A stretch of 64,000 nucleotides of DNA, taken from Antedon mediterranea (taxonomy: Eukaryota; Animalia; Echinodermata). A model generated the notes under the pieces. That model made no database searches. It saw nothing but the letters and a program-made list of their open reading frames with translations, and was not told where the DNA came from. The stretch spans positions 36,586,437 to 36,650,436 of the forward strand of contig NC_092672.1 in NCBI RefSeq assembly GCF_964355755.1, read 5' to 3'. A program made the position numbers and the translations under genes. Shown here in pieces: positions 14,301 through 26,129 of this stretch (its first letter is position 1; each line of letters begins with the position of its first letter).

Positions 14301-17300
14301 TAAGCCTCGGGGCCCCTTGGTTTAGCCATTGAGGGATCATAGCTGTTACGCCACTGGTGTCCCCTGAATAGGCGTGGTTCTACCTGTAATTCTCAGCATA
14401 TTTTTCCAAATAACTTGGGTTATAACCTGGTTTGAGTAGTGTGAATTCAATTTTGTATTAAATGACCAAAGGTTTCACAGAGAATCACTAGGAAATCTTG
14501 TAGAAACAACACACAAACAAGAGCTCTAGTATTCAGAGTTGTTGATTTGCTAATGTGCTTAAACCAACCATAGTTTTGCCAAAACAATGCATCCACCGCG
14601 TTCCATCGCGTTCCATCTTCAATCAAATGCCAAAGACTAGGCCATGCCAAACATTTTAGTGCTTGGGTGTAGATCAGTATAGATGGCGCACTCTACAGGT
14701 GTGTTTTCCGTCGTGCAATATTTAGGTGTTGCTCAACAATTTGAGTATACACTGTAGTACTGTAGTTGTTGATATGGGAGAAAATTATGCAAGGCATGTG
14801 ATACCAAATAGACCAATCAAATGACTATGATACATTTTCAGTAGGTGTGTTTTAGTAGAGTTTTAAAATATTTATTTAAAACTCCCTGGTTTTAGTGTAT
14901 ATTAGTTGTGTACAATAACAATAGTTAGTACTACTCAAAGTGCATGCATTATGTCATGTTACAGTCATGTGACCAATCTGTGACCCATTTATCAGCTTCA
15001 AGCCGCAAACTTTTCATTTGTGGTGTTGTGAAACTAATCATCCTGAACTATAAACTGTGAATAGGCCTATAGTGAGATTTTGTTATTGTGTTCACAAAAA
15101 GAACACAGTAAGGGGTAGAACACAAAGCACTTCTTAGTTGGTGGGAATATTTTTCCCATATGGTTAAAATACACCTTCAAATCTTCAAATACCATGTTAA
15201 GCTCTTTCTACGATATCAAACTTTATGTGACAAAAAAGTGTGATATTCCCAAATATGGAAGTGATATGCACAAATGATAGTGCTATGACATCATCATGTC
15301 CATATACACATCACATTTTTTTGTCACATAAAATTTGATAGTGTAGACAAGGCTTTAGAATTTGTAAATTTGTTCAAATATGAATTTAGGTGTTTTAATA
15401 ATACTTTACCGTATGCTTGATCATTGTTATTTTATTTTGGTTATTAACCTTCAGATTCACATTCTTTTGTCACATAAAATTTGATAGTGTAGACAGAGCT
15501 TTACATACAAAGTGTGAATGTGTAGAAAGACTGGCTACCTTATACGGCTTTACCACGTTGAAACACCGGTTCTCGTCAGATCACCGAAGTTAAGCGACGT
15601 TGGGCCTGGTTAGAGCTTGGATGGGAGACCATCTGGGAATAACGGGTGCTGTATACGGAGCTGGGGTCCCGTTAGGCATTTGAAATCAGCACTGCTGACT
15701 CTTATGGCAGCCCCTGCATCTAGTATCTGCCTCAGACCTCTGGTCAAGGTGGGCACTGGACGAGAGAAGCCCTTGATCAATGTTAGGACCAATCAAGGTG
15801 CTTTAAACAGTCCTGGCTTTGTTTGTATCAAACCTGTTAGTGGCGGTAATTATCGCTATCGTTTCGATTAAATAAAATAAAAAAAATTTTAAAAAATAAA
15901 AATTTGACAATGTTGTGCAATCAGAACTTGTGTGGGATTTATTACACACAAATGTTTAAAACCAACGCCAGCAACAATTTATACACTGGTCATTTTGAGT
16001 AGTCCCCTGACCTTTTGGCATCCCTCCGCTTCTAGCTAGTTGACAATCAGAAGTATATTGTAGTACCAGAAAAGAGTGAATTTAGAGAACAATAGCAATT
16101 TTATTAGATTAACATGCTTCAACGGCTCATGTCGAGTTTTCCATGTAATTTCACTCTTCCATGGTAGTACAGACAAAATAACCGTTTTAACAGGGACTAC
16201 CGATCAGGGCTAACAATGAGGAAAAGCTTGTATCTTGTCTGGACACGAATAAATCTCCTTAACCCCTGATTACACTAGGCAAATTGGTTATCCGCACTTG
16301 GCGGATAACCCCTTGTTATTGTCAGGATCTTTTTTTTTTTTTCCTTTGGATTAAAAATGTTTCACAAAAAGTTACGCACGCACGCGCGTTTAAAATTTAA
16401 AGATACGAAAAATCAATTTCTAAGCAAGTTTCTACGAGTTTCATGTCATTTTGAGCATATTTTAATTTACCATTTTTCAAATTGTGATGACGTCATCATG
16501 TTCAAAAGCGCGAATAACTTTGGTCACCTATTTTCACCTATTCTGCACTGTATGTAGTACGTATACAGTATATAGTCACTAGTGTATACTGTATATACTT
16601 AGACGTGACACAAAATAGGGAGCACACTTAACATTTTTTCAATGGCATAATCGTTTTTCTGTGCGCAATATTCTAACGTTTGACGTGAACGTGGCGTTTG
16701 CGCTGCGGATAACCTAACTCGTCCGTAGTGACAAGTTCAAATCTAATTAGTTCTTTTTTTTTGTCAAGATTATTCAAAATCTTTTCACTTTATAAAGCAT
16801 TTTTAAGATAGAGCGTTTTAACAAGGACTACCGATCAGGGCTTACAATACAAGTAAAAAATTGTATCTCGTCTGGACGTTACTAAATCCATTTAACCCTT
16901 TTTTACACTAGGCAATTTTTTTGTTTTTTTGTCAAGATTAGTCAAAATCTTTTCACTTTATAATACATTTAAGATAGAGCATTTTAACAAGGACTACCGA
17001 TCAGGGCTTACAATGAGTAAAAGCTTGTATCTTGTCTGGACGTGACTAAATCCCTTTAACCCCTGTTTACACTAGGCAAATTTCTGTAGTTCTTTTTTTT
17101 TTTCAAGATTATTCAAAATCTTTTCACAATTTTTGTATTGACGTTTCATAATGAAATATTACAATACATAAAAGGAAGTTTAATTATTATATATATTAAT
17201 AATGAAACTGAAAACTATTCATTTATGTACTCTCAGTCACGCATCTATTTTTCCAATTATTATTTTATAATAATTATAATATGATTAAACAATAAAGGTG

Positions 17301-20300
17301 TTATTACCTTTGTGTGCAACTAAAAGAATAAATAAAACAGCATTTATAATAATAATTAATTAATTACAGCATCAGAAAAAGTCCAAACAGACTGAGAATT
17401 AACGATGTTTCTTTGGAAATATATGGTGTTGTTGCCAAAATAATTCTTATTTCCATTGACATCACTCTGTTTGTGTATGAAAAATTCAAGGATAGAACAC
17501 AGAGGGTACACAATTATAAGCCTGATATAATTAAAAACAAACTCTAAAAAAGTGCCATTAAAGATGTATTGTCCCCCTGAAAAAATAATTCTTAAACATT
17601 TTTTTGTTGAATATGCCATTTTAATGTCCCATAACAGTTATCCACTTATCCAAAAATTTGATTGAAAAAAAATGTATTTACCTGAAATAACTGTAATTTA
17701 AAGCAAAAAATAGTCAAATTGGCTGCCAGCAATGGGTTTTTGGTTGAATTTAACCATTTATTTTGTCTTTTTTTAAGTGAAAACATTTTTTTTTTTAGTT
17801 TTTTTTTCTATGGAGGTGATTAACTTGATTAAAACTACAAAATAACCTATGCAAAGTCTGATTTAATTAATTTTCATTTTTGATGTATTTGGGGGACAAT
17901 ACTGTACACCTTTAAATAAATGTCCAAATATTGAGCTTTTTTATTTATTTATTTTTTCCTCTTTCGTGGGGGTCACCCACATTTCTTCATTCCTTTTACA
18001 AATATATATTATATAACATACATACATTTTTGTAAAAATATAAAACAATAAAATTCAATATAGTAGTTAAAAAGCCACTATATCTATACATGTACATAAA
18101 ATCGATGGAGTAAAAGTATGCTTTAAAAACGTACATTTTATGTTTATTGCAAGTTATTGTAAAAGTACGACTATTTATCATTTAAATTTACTTTATATTA
18201 AGAAATGTATTAAAAGTAGCTGTTTCTTTTATTATATTTTAAATTAGTTCTTTTTTTTTGTCAAGATTATTCAAAATCTTTTCACTTTATAAAGCATTTT
18301 TAAGATAGAGCGTTTTAACAAGGACTACCGATCAGGGCTTACAATACAAGTAAAAAATTGTATCTCGTCTGGACGTTACTAAATCCATTTAACCCTTTTT
18401 TACACTAGGCAATTTTTTTGTTTTTTTGTCAAGATTAGTCAAAATCTTTTCACTTTATAATACATTTAAGATAGAGCATTTTAACAAGGACTACCGATCA
18501 GGGCTTACAATGAGTAAAAGCTTGTATCTTGTCTGGACGTGACTAAATCCCTTTAACCCCTGTTTACACTAGGCAAATTTCTGTAGTTCTTTTTTTTTTT
18601 CAAGATTATTCAAAATCTTTTCACAATTTTTGTATTGACGTTTCATAATGAAATATTACAATACATAAAAGGAAGTTTAATTATTATATATATTAATAAT
18701 GAAACTGAAAACTATTCATTTATGTACTCTCAGTCACGCATCTATTTTTCCAATTATTATTTTATAATAATTATAATATGATTAAACAATAAAGGTGTTA
18801 TTACCTTTGTGTGCAACTAAAAGAATAAATAAAACAGCATTTATAATAATAATTAATTAATTACAGCATCAGAAAAAGTCCAAACAGACTGAGAATTAAC
18901 GATGTTTCTTTGGAAATATATGGTGTTGTTGCCAAAATAATTCTTATTTCCATTGACATCACTCTGTTTGTGTATGAAAAATTCAAGGATAGAACACAGA
19001 GGGTACACAATTATAAGCCTGATATAATTAAAAACAAACTCTAAAAAAGTGCCATTAAAGATGTATTGTCCCCCTGAAAAAATAATTCTTAAACATTTTT
19101 TTGTTGAATATGCCATTTTAATGTCCCATAACAGTTATCCACTTATCCAAAAATTTGATTGAAAAAAAATGTATTTACCTGAAATAACTGTAATTTAAAG
19201 CAAAAAATAGTCAAATTGGCTGCCAGCAATGGGTTTTTGGTTGAATTTAACCATTTATTTTGTCTTTTTTTAAGTGAAAACATTTTTTTTTTTAGTTTTT
19301 TTTTCTATGGAGGTGATTAACTTGATTAAAACTACAAAATAACCTATGCAAAGTCTGATTTAATTAATTTTCATTTTTGATGTATTTGGGGGACAATACT
19401 GTACACCTTTAAATAAATGTCCAAATATTGAGCTTTTTTATTTATTTATTTTTTCCTCTTTCGTGGGGGTCACCCACATTTCTTCATTCCTTTTACAAAT
19501 ATATATTATATAACATACATACATTTTTGTAAAAATATAAAACAATAAAATTCAATATAGTAGTTAAAAAGCCACTATATCTATACATGTACATAAAATC
19601 GATGGAGTAAAAGTATGCTTTAAAAACGTACATTTTATGTTTATTGCAAGTTATTGTAAAAGTACGACTATTTATCATTTAAATTTACTTTATATTAAGA
19701 AATGTATTAAAAGTAGCTGTTTCTTTTATTATATTTTAAATTAGTTCTTTTTTTTTGTCAAGATTATTCAAAATCTTTTCACTTTATAAAGCATTTTTAA
19801 GATAGAGCGTTTTAACAAGGACTACCGATCAGGGCTTACAATACAAGTAAAAAATTGTATCTCGTCTGGACGTTACTAAATCCATTTAACCCTTTTTTAC
19901 ACTAGGCAATTTTTTTGTTTTTTTGTCAAGATTAGTCAAAATCTTTTCACTTTATAATACATTTAAGATAGAGCGTTTTAACAAGGACTACCGATCAGGG
20001 CTTACAATGAGTAAAAGCTTGTATCTTGTCTGGACGTGACTAAATCCCTTTAACCCCTGTTTACACTAGGCAAATTACTGTAGTTCTTTTTTTTTTCAAG
20101 ATTATTCAAAATCTTTTCACAATTTTTGTATTGACGTTTCATAATGAAATATTACAATACATAAAAGGAAGTTTAATTATTATATATATTAAAAATGAAA
20201 CTGAAAACTATTCATTTATGTACTCTCAGTCTCGCATCTATTTTTCCAATTATTATTTTATAATAATTATAATATGATTAAACAATAAAGGTGTTATTAC

Positions 20301-22063
20301 CTTTGTGTGCAACTAAAAGAATAAATAAAACAGCATTTATAATAATAATTAATTAATTACAGCATCAGAAAAAGTCCAAACAGACTGAGAATTAACGATG
20401 TTTCTTTGGAAATATATGGTGTTGTTGCCAAAATAATTCTTATTTCCATTGACATCACTCTGTTTGTGTATGAAAAATTCAAGGATAGAACACAGAGGGT
20501 ACACAATTATAAGCCTGATATAATTAAAAACAAACTCTAAAAAAGTGCCATTAAAGATGTATTGTCCCCCTGAAAAAATAATTCTTAAACATTTTTTTGT
20601 TGAATATGCCATTTTAATGTCCCATAATAGTTATCCACTTATCCAAAAATTTGATTGAAAAAAAATGTATTTACCTGAAATAACTGTAATTTAAAGCAAA
20701 AAATAGTCAAATTGGCTGCCAGCAATGGGTTTTTGGTTGAATTTAACCATTTATTTTGTCTTTTTTTAAGTGAAAACATTTTTTTTTTTAGTTTTTTTTT
20801 TCTATGGAGGTGATTAACTTGATTAAAACTACAAAATAACCTATGCAAAGTCTGATTTAATTAATTTTCATTTTTGATGTATTTGGGGGACAATACTGTA
20901 CACCTTTAAATAAATGTCCAAATATTGAGCTTTTTTATTTATTTTTTTTTTCCTCTTTCGTGGGGGTCACCCACATTTCTTCATTCCTTTTACAAATATA
21001 TATTATATAACATACATACATTTTTGTAAAAATAAAAAACAATAAAATTCAATATAGTAGTTAAAAAGGCACTATATCTATACATGTACATAAAATTGAT
21101 GGAGTAAAAGTATGCTTTAAAAACGTACATTTTATGTTTATTGCAAGTTATAGTAAAAGTACGACTATTTATCATTTAAATTTACTTTATATTAAGAAAT
21201 GTATTAAAAATTAGCTGTTTCTTTTATTATATTTTAAATCAGTACTCACAATTTGTATGTTTCTTTATTTCTTTTGACCTTATTTTACATCCATTACAAA
21301 TATTTACATTAACTTTTTTATTTATTGAGCTTTTTTATACTTTAATTTAATAGAACAGATTTGGATATTTGGACTTGGGAAATAACTAATACCATTTGGT
21401 TTTTAGTATCCCGGTATCCGGGCCTGGTATCAAATTTTTTGGCTCAACTCCATTCTTACTAAAAGTGAAACAGTAACATTTCATAAAGGAAATTTTACTC
21501 CCTTAAATTGGAGTTGGGGAAGTCCCAAAAACGTTTTCTCAGTTTATGGAATTTCCATGTATTGTGCAATAAAACAATAGTGGTAGAATGGGTTGAGGTT
21601 AGCAATAGGTCTTGACTTTAATCTCCTTTACTATTATCCTTTGTATATGTTTTAGTTTCACATTGTAGGTGGTGTGTACTTTAAATAATATTAACAAGGG
21701 AAGTGAAAATTGAAACTATAAAGTTAAATATGATAAATAAGGAAGAGCTATTTTAAAAATCAACTAAACCTTTAAAGATGTATTGTCCCCCTGAAAAATA
21801 TTTTTTTCTTTTTTTTTTGTTGAATATGCAATTTTAATGTTATATAATATTTATCCACTTTTACCAAAAATTGGAACTAAACAAAATTTAGTTAACTGTA
21901 AAAATGTAATTTAAAGCAAAAAATGTATTATTTACATTTTATACAGTGTTCAACGGACATTAATTCTAAATTAATTTCTATTTTATTTAATTTGTGTTTT
22001 AGCCATCAAACCGGTTGGACGGCTGTTGTAGTTAACTGCTTGGAGCGAGTGTGCAGTTCATAA
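137..22063 (+). CDS. YMR196W-like glycoside hydrolase (GH63/MGH1-like, (alpha/alpha)6 barrel), 16 coding exons, 888 aa
   Basis: Exons 137-270, 1855-2015, 2388-2570, 3288-3530, 3960-4109, 6399-6604, 7167-7391, 7786-7902, 9910-10061, 10512-10632, 10748-10907, 11194-11396, 12620-12763, 12878-13007, 13607-13883, 22003-22063. All introns are GT-AG with compatible phases; total 2667 nt. Family motifs: [115 protein letters not shown]. No signal peptide. Confidence 0.93.
2938..3095. mobile_element. MITE family A (PIF/Harbinger-like), about 150 bp
   Basis: TIR AGCTCTGTCTACACTATCAAACT...AGTTTGATAGTGTAGACAGAGCT, mostly TAA/TTA flanks. Other copies at about 3583-3711, 10938-11078, 13148-13271, 13902-14073, 15200-15354, 43235-43347, 55578-55716 and 62728-62895. 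Confidence 0.85.
5640..6045. repeat. Minisatellite, 68-bp unit, about 6 copies
   Basis: Unit TGACAATGCTGTGGGTATCAGTGGCTGGATATCAATGGAGATACAAAATAAAATAAGCATTGAAAAAA recurs at 5717, 5785, 5853, 5921 and 5989, with a diverged copy before these. Confidence 0.95.
8218..9825 (+). mobile_element. DINE-1/HINE-like non-autonomous Helentron (outer element)
   Basis: Starts AAACTAGAAAG. Subterminal IR TACCTCCGCC at 8245-8254 pairs with GGCGGAGGTA at 9813-9822, which also forms the terminal hairpin TACCTCC-TTGGC-GGAGGTA. Internal (ACAA)n microsatellite. Confidence 0.7.
8872..9754 (+). mobile_element. Second DINE-1/HINE-like element nested in the (ACAA)n tract of the first
   Basis: Subterminal TACTTGGCAAAA at 8902-8913; terminal hairpin TACTTGGCAAAA-TTCTT-TTTTGCCAAGTA at 9726-9754; (ACAA)n continues on both sides. 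Confidence 0.65.
10092..10320. repeat. Minisatellite, 52-bp unit, about 4.5 copies
   Basis: GGAATTTAGACCACCTAGAACCAACCTGAAATCCGTGCCCAAAGGCTTGGCT at 10105, 10157, 10209 and 10261. Confidence 0.95.
11405..12377 (-). mobile_element. tRNA-derived SINE (Nin/Deu-domain-like core, L2-type tail), interrupted by a TTAA insertion
   Basis: Removing 11764-12358 restores on the - strand GAGTGAATGGCTGAGTGGTTAAGACAGTGG (A box) ... GGTTCGAGG (B box-like) ... CCA. Then a core GCTATAAATCGTAG...GTGCACTTTAAAG...GAGTAGGGG, and a tail AGCGCCTTGG...GCGCTTTAGAAAT followed by (TAT)n. Confidence 0.65.
11764..12354. mobile_element. Non-autonomous TTAA-specific DNA transposon (Kolobok-like)
   Basis: TTAA at 11760-11763 and 12355-12358; imperfect TIR AGGCCAGGTGTGGGCA / TGCCTGTACCTGAGCT; 5'-AG terminus. 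Confidence 0.7.
14156..14356. mobile_element. hAT-type MITE with 8-bp TSD, nested in a small Tc1/mariner-like MITE (about 14095-14388)
   Basis: TIR CAGTAGCGTAA/TTACGCCACTG; perfect 8-bp TSD GTGTCCCC at 14148-14155 and 14357-14364. Host element ends are CAGTAGAACC...GGTTCTACCTGTA. A degraded relative lies at about 57540-57685. Confidence 0.8.
15540..15886 (+). mobile_element. 5S rRNA-derived SINE (SINE3-type)
   Basis: 15540-15656 follows eukaryotic 5S rRNA over its full length (TACGGC.TACCACGTTGAAACACCGGTTCTCGTC.GATCACCGAAGTTAAGC...GGTTAG.GCTTGGATGGG.GACC...TGGGAATA.CGGGTGCTGTA). There is no oligo-T terminator after it; a 210-bp body and an A-rich tail follow. Confidence 0.8.
16288..16750 (-). 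mobile_element. DINE-1/HINE-like element
   Basis: Hairpin TTATCCGC-ACTTG-GCGGATAA at the left end; GCGGATAA plus hairpin ACTCGTC..GACAAGT at the right end. Same architecture as 8218-9825, inverted. Confidence 0.55.
16745..21240. repeat. Tandem triplication, 1497-bp unit x3
   Basis: Units start near 16745, 18242 and 19739; identical short ORFs recur at 17356/18853/20349. Each unit has about 170-bp subrepeats and a TTAA-flanked MITE (AGATGTATTGTCCCCC...GGGGGACAATAC), with a further partial MITE copy near 21772-21920. Confidence 0.95.
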
Positions 22064-23041
22064 AGTGGTCATAGGTCACAGGTCAGGTCACACTCCATCG
22101 GAATACTGAATACTAGTGTTGTGCTCTGATTGGAAAAGAATATAGAGAAGCAGCTAAACACATAAAACTATGGTGAAAAAAATAATAATTAAAAATGTAG
22201 TGGTACGTTACCGTACTATAGAGATTGATTTAGAGATAGAGAATGTACCAGTTCCATTCCCCCCACCCCTTTTTTTTAAAGGTGAAAAAAGAAGATAGAA
22301 AAGATGTTACCTCCCTACTCCACCTCTTTCCCCAATATGCTTGATCGCCTCAAGAATCGGCCGAGTGACTTCTGGTTTCTGAATCTAGTACCACACCAGC
22401 ATTATACAAGTTAGTATTGATGCTTGGTTATGTAGCTTGTCAACTTCCTCTTGAATATGTGCAAACATTTTTTTTTCATGTCTTTATTTATGTTTATGGG
22501 ACAATTAGATTTAGATTTTAATACTGTACTTATCAAACCGTGTAGGGAACTTGTTCCTTTGTCATCGTCGTCTTATGTATTTTGAAGGAAATAAATATAT
22601 TATATCATATCACTACTAAACAAATTAGGCCTAGATTGAATAGAATTTATAGCCGATTTTGGTACTGTATCGAAATTTGTCTAGTAGTATTATAGCCAAA
22701 ACTATTAATCTAACCTTACCTTGTACAGGCACCATATGTGATCGTGTATTATGGAATTTGTCTATGATACGGTGTAATATTGTCATATGGTGGAGATACA
22801 GCACTGAAATAGGTTGAATTTATCGTTTTTTATATCCTAGTAATTCAAATAGTTTTGATTCTATAAACTAAAAACAAAACAGAAAGTGTAGTTCAAAATT
22901 ATTTACCGTAATAAACAGGATTTAGAAAAAGCTAGCCTTTTTGTCGGCTTGCCATATTAAGGTTTAAAACAAAAACGATTATTAGTGGTTATTCTTTTCC
23001 GGATTTGGCAGTATTGTCTTGTGACATAGGTGTCACGTAAA

Positions 23042-23100
23042 GGGGAATTCCCATTGTTTTAAATGTTGATTGGCTAGCTTCCTTATTAGGCCTATATAAA
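23042..23100 (+). promoter_or_regulatory. Proximal promoter: NF-kB site, inverted CCAAT box, TATA box
   Basis: GGGGAATTCCC at 23042-23052, ATTGG at 23069-23073, TATATAAA at 23093-23100, about 100 bp upstream of the ATG at 23200. Confidence 0.7.
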
Positions 23101-23199
23101 CCTGGATGCTTTGCTTGCTGCATTCACCTCCTGGCTTCCACACAGACTAGGCGTCGTATTTTCTTTAATATTGTCTAAATACGTTGAAATAAATATACA

Positions 23200-23565
23200 A
23201 TGGGAGATATTTGCGAGAAAATGTTGAATCGAGCAGAAACAGAAGCAGGACAAATTGGAGATGGGGCTATAAAGAAAGTTGGAGACGAAGCCGAGAAAAA
23301 GGTCGTTAGCGCCATTGATGATGCTATCCATAAGACAACGCATAAAGTGGACGATAAGACATCGAAAGAACTGCTAGATGGAGATTGGTGCGTTCACAAA
23401 CAAGGTGATGGTGATGTGTCTTTTACTAAGGTTGAACAGTGCGAAGGAGGCGTTCACAAATTGTCAGACTGTGATAGCTTCGTACTGAAATGTTCCGACG
23501 GTCAAGATCTGAAAATCGACAAACAGTGTTCAAGGTGTAAGAAACACATGATGGTGAAAAATTAA
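23200..23565 (+). CDS. Uncharacterised 121-aa protein: amphipathic N-terminal helix plus Cys/His-rich C-terminal domain (paralogue 1)
   Basis: Intact ORF with good ATG context (ACAATGG) and upstream TATA. It is a clear paralogue of 30117-30488, and the three differences in their 83-bp most conserved core are all synonymous. Confidence 0.85.
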   Translation: MGDICEKMLNRAETEAGQIGDGAIKKVGDEAEKKVVSAIDDAIHKTTHKVDDKTSKELLDGDWCVHKQGDGDVSFTKVEQCEGGVHKLSDCDSFVLKCSDGQDLKIDKQCSRCKKHMMVKN

Positions 23566-23754
23566 TCGGAAACTCTTTATAACTTGAAATCAAGAATTTA
23601 TAAGAAGAATTTAATAATGTACGACATCGATATGTTAATATTTCTCAAGATACTGTCGACCCAATCTCCGGCATTGTTCGAAACTTTTGTTTCTAATTTT
23701 AAAATTATTATTCCGCTTTCGTGTGAACTAGATTGTACATCAACAATGTAAAGA

Positions 23755-24030
23755 TGTCTGTTGGAGCAGCTTATGTCGGACCAGCTTATGTCCGACCAGC
23801 TTATGTCGGACCAGCTTCTATCGGACCAGCTACTGTCGGGCCAGCTTATGTCGGGCCAGCTTATGTCCGACCAGCTTATGTCGGAGCAGCTTTATGTCCG
23901 ACCAGCTTATTTCGGACCAGCTTCTGTCGGACCAGCTTCTTTCGGATCAGCTTCTTTCGGATCAGCTTCTGTTGGACCAACTTCTGTCGGACCAGCTTCT
24001 GTCTGAGCAGCTTCTGTCGGACTAACTAAT
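23755..24030. repeat. Minisatellite, 15-bp unit (TCGGACCAGCTTATG), about 18 copies
   Basis: Direct tandem repeats visible; they generate the spurious ORFs at 23733 and 23761. Confidence 0.95.
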
Positions 24031-24759
24031 GTTGGAGGCAGCTTCCATTTAAAGAGGTTTCCCAAATTGATATAAGGAGAGATACAATGAAATGGCGATG
24101 GACCGGACCTGTAACTTTTTTTTCACAAAATATTGTTTTCTTTTAATAATTGGAAAAAACAACAAAACTGTAGTCTGCTTTTCTTTGTGTAACGGTAATA
24201 AGTAGAAACATGTTATTGTGCAATTATTTTTAACCAATTCGACCAACATGACGTCATTAATTGACCAAACCAAACCAAATTAATGTACTAAACATAAAGG
24301 CCAATTTACACAGACAATAACGGTAAACGATGAGTTGAAAACAAAAAAAATATAGAATGTTACATTAAACTTGGAGCGATCGGGCGGTTAAGTATTACCA
24401 TTTGATCCGTATTAGTTTGATGGTTTAGAGAATTACTCCTGTGAAAATGTTAAGAGAAAATTGTTTAGGAGGAGCACAGAACAAACTCCTTTGACATTTT
24501 GCACAAACATTTGTATTTTGGTGAATAGGGTATTAAATTATATAATTGTAACAACAGTGTTTTTTTATAGAAATATTCTAACAATAAGAATATAGTAGAG
24601 TATTATAGATGATATTTTACTGTTTAGTTTTTTACTTTTGTGTATGACATAGAGACAGTACTTATATATATCTTTTATATAATATACATTAGTGTAGTTT
24701 ATAATAAATAAAATTGAGGCGATGTTAGCATTGTTTACTTTGTGTTATGTTGCATAGTT

Positions 24760-25410
24760 ACTCAACGCAAGGACGTAAACGCAACGCAAGCGTGTTGAGC
24801 GATGACAAATGACAGTTCGAATAATCCATCGCTTGTGATTTGACAACTCACTTAAGCGTGGTTCCCACTAGGACGTAAACGCAACGCAAGCGTGTTGACC
24901 AATGACAAGCGAAGTTATAGACAGTTAGCAATTACAAGCGAATAAGCTATCGCTTGTGATTGGTCAATTCACTTGCGTTGCGTTACGTCCTTGTGTTGCG
25001 TCGCTAGTGGGAACCACGCTTAAGCATTACGTTGCGTTACGTCCTTGCGTTGCGTCTTAAGTGGAAATCAAGCATTACGTTGCGTTACGTCCTTGCCCAT
25101 TTACACTAGGACGATCAACGACCAATAGGCATAAAACTATAAAGAAATCTAAACAGTTTCGTACTAGAACTATATGATAATCATCTATGCTTCCTTTGAT
25201 GAAAACGATATTTTCACATGTCCAATCAAATGACGTCATGATTAGTAAAAGCAATAATCGATTTTATTGTTTTTATTAATCATTACGTCATTCGATTGGA
25301 TTTTAGAAAATATTATTTTTAGCAAAGACAAATGATCATCCTGGAGCTCAGAACGAAAATCTTTCTAACTGATCGTCGATCGTTATCATCCTAGTGTAAA
25401 TGGGCCTTAA
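24760..25410. mobile_element. Nest of Harbinger-like MITEs: family B copy 24855-25020 inside an older relative, plus an adjacent palindromic MITE 25096-25407
   Basis: TAA|GCGTGGTTCCCACTAG...CTAGTGGGAACCACGC|TTA-type ends; GCCCATTTACACTAGGA...TCCTAGTGTAAATGGGC. Confidence 0.75.
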
Positions 25411-25417
25411 AATTAAT

Positions 25418-25755
25418 TTCAAAGAAAATGAAACAAATAATAGTCTAGATCCATTTAGGTCACTATACCACAATTTAATATATCTGAGTAAATAACAATA
25501 ATACAATGACCACATCTTCTACAACATTGCCAAAAACAAGGAAATGGTTTATGAGTACCAGAGAGAAGTTCAAAGAAAATGAAACAAATAATACTCTAGA
25601 TCCATTTAAGTCTACCACAATTTAATATAAATGAGTAAAAAATAATAATACAATGACCACATCTTCTACAACATTGCCAAAAACAAGGAAATGGTTTATG
25701 AGTACCATAGAGAAGTTCAAAGAAAATGAAACCACAAATAATAATACTCTAGATC
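25418..25755. repeat. Tandem duplication, about 149-bp unit x2.3
   Basis: TTCAAAGAAAATGAAAC recurs near 25418, 25569 and 25716 with conserved intervening sequence. Confidence 0.9.
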
Positions 25756-26129
25756 GTGCATGGATCTATACATTTTATTTATGGGGCGTAAAATAAATAA
25801 GGAAGTAAAAGAAAGAAAAATATATTTTAATAATAATACTCTATCAATATTGTTTTAACAGTGTGGGATGTGTATACATAATAAGTATTTTATTATTTAT
25901 AATAAGTTTATTGAGATGTGAAGAGAACACTGCTTATTGTCCTGATTCACAGTAATCCAAGAAACCACGATGGGGTCCACGCGGGGCGAAAAAGAGGGAA
26001 AAAACTTTGGTCCTAAGTTAGAAAGTACATAGCCTAACGTAATTTTTGGCCACGTTTCGATCGAAAACGTGGTTCAGCGGGAACATTCTGTACGTTCGAA
26101 CGGGGTTGATGTATGCCTCAGGGCCTAGG

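Noticed and set aside
15540-15656. Functional 5S rRNA gene
   Set aside because: Solitary, several substitutions and a deletion relative to typical 5S, no oligo-T terminator, and it continues into a SINE-like body with an A tail.
17356-21175. Triplicated 87-aa and 61-aa ORFs
   Set aside because: AT-rich chance ORFs copied by the intronic triplication, overlapping a MITE, with no protein-like features.
23733-24029. Repetitive proteins (VGPAY)n / (SDQLM)n
   Set aside because: Non-ATG starts; open frames arise from a 15-bp minisatellite.
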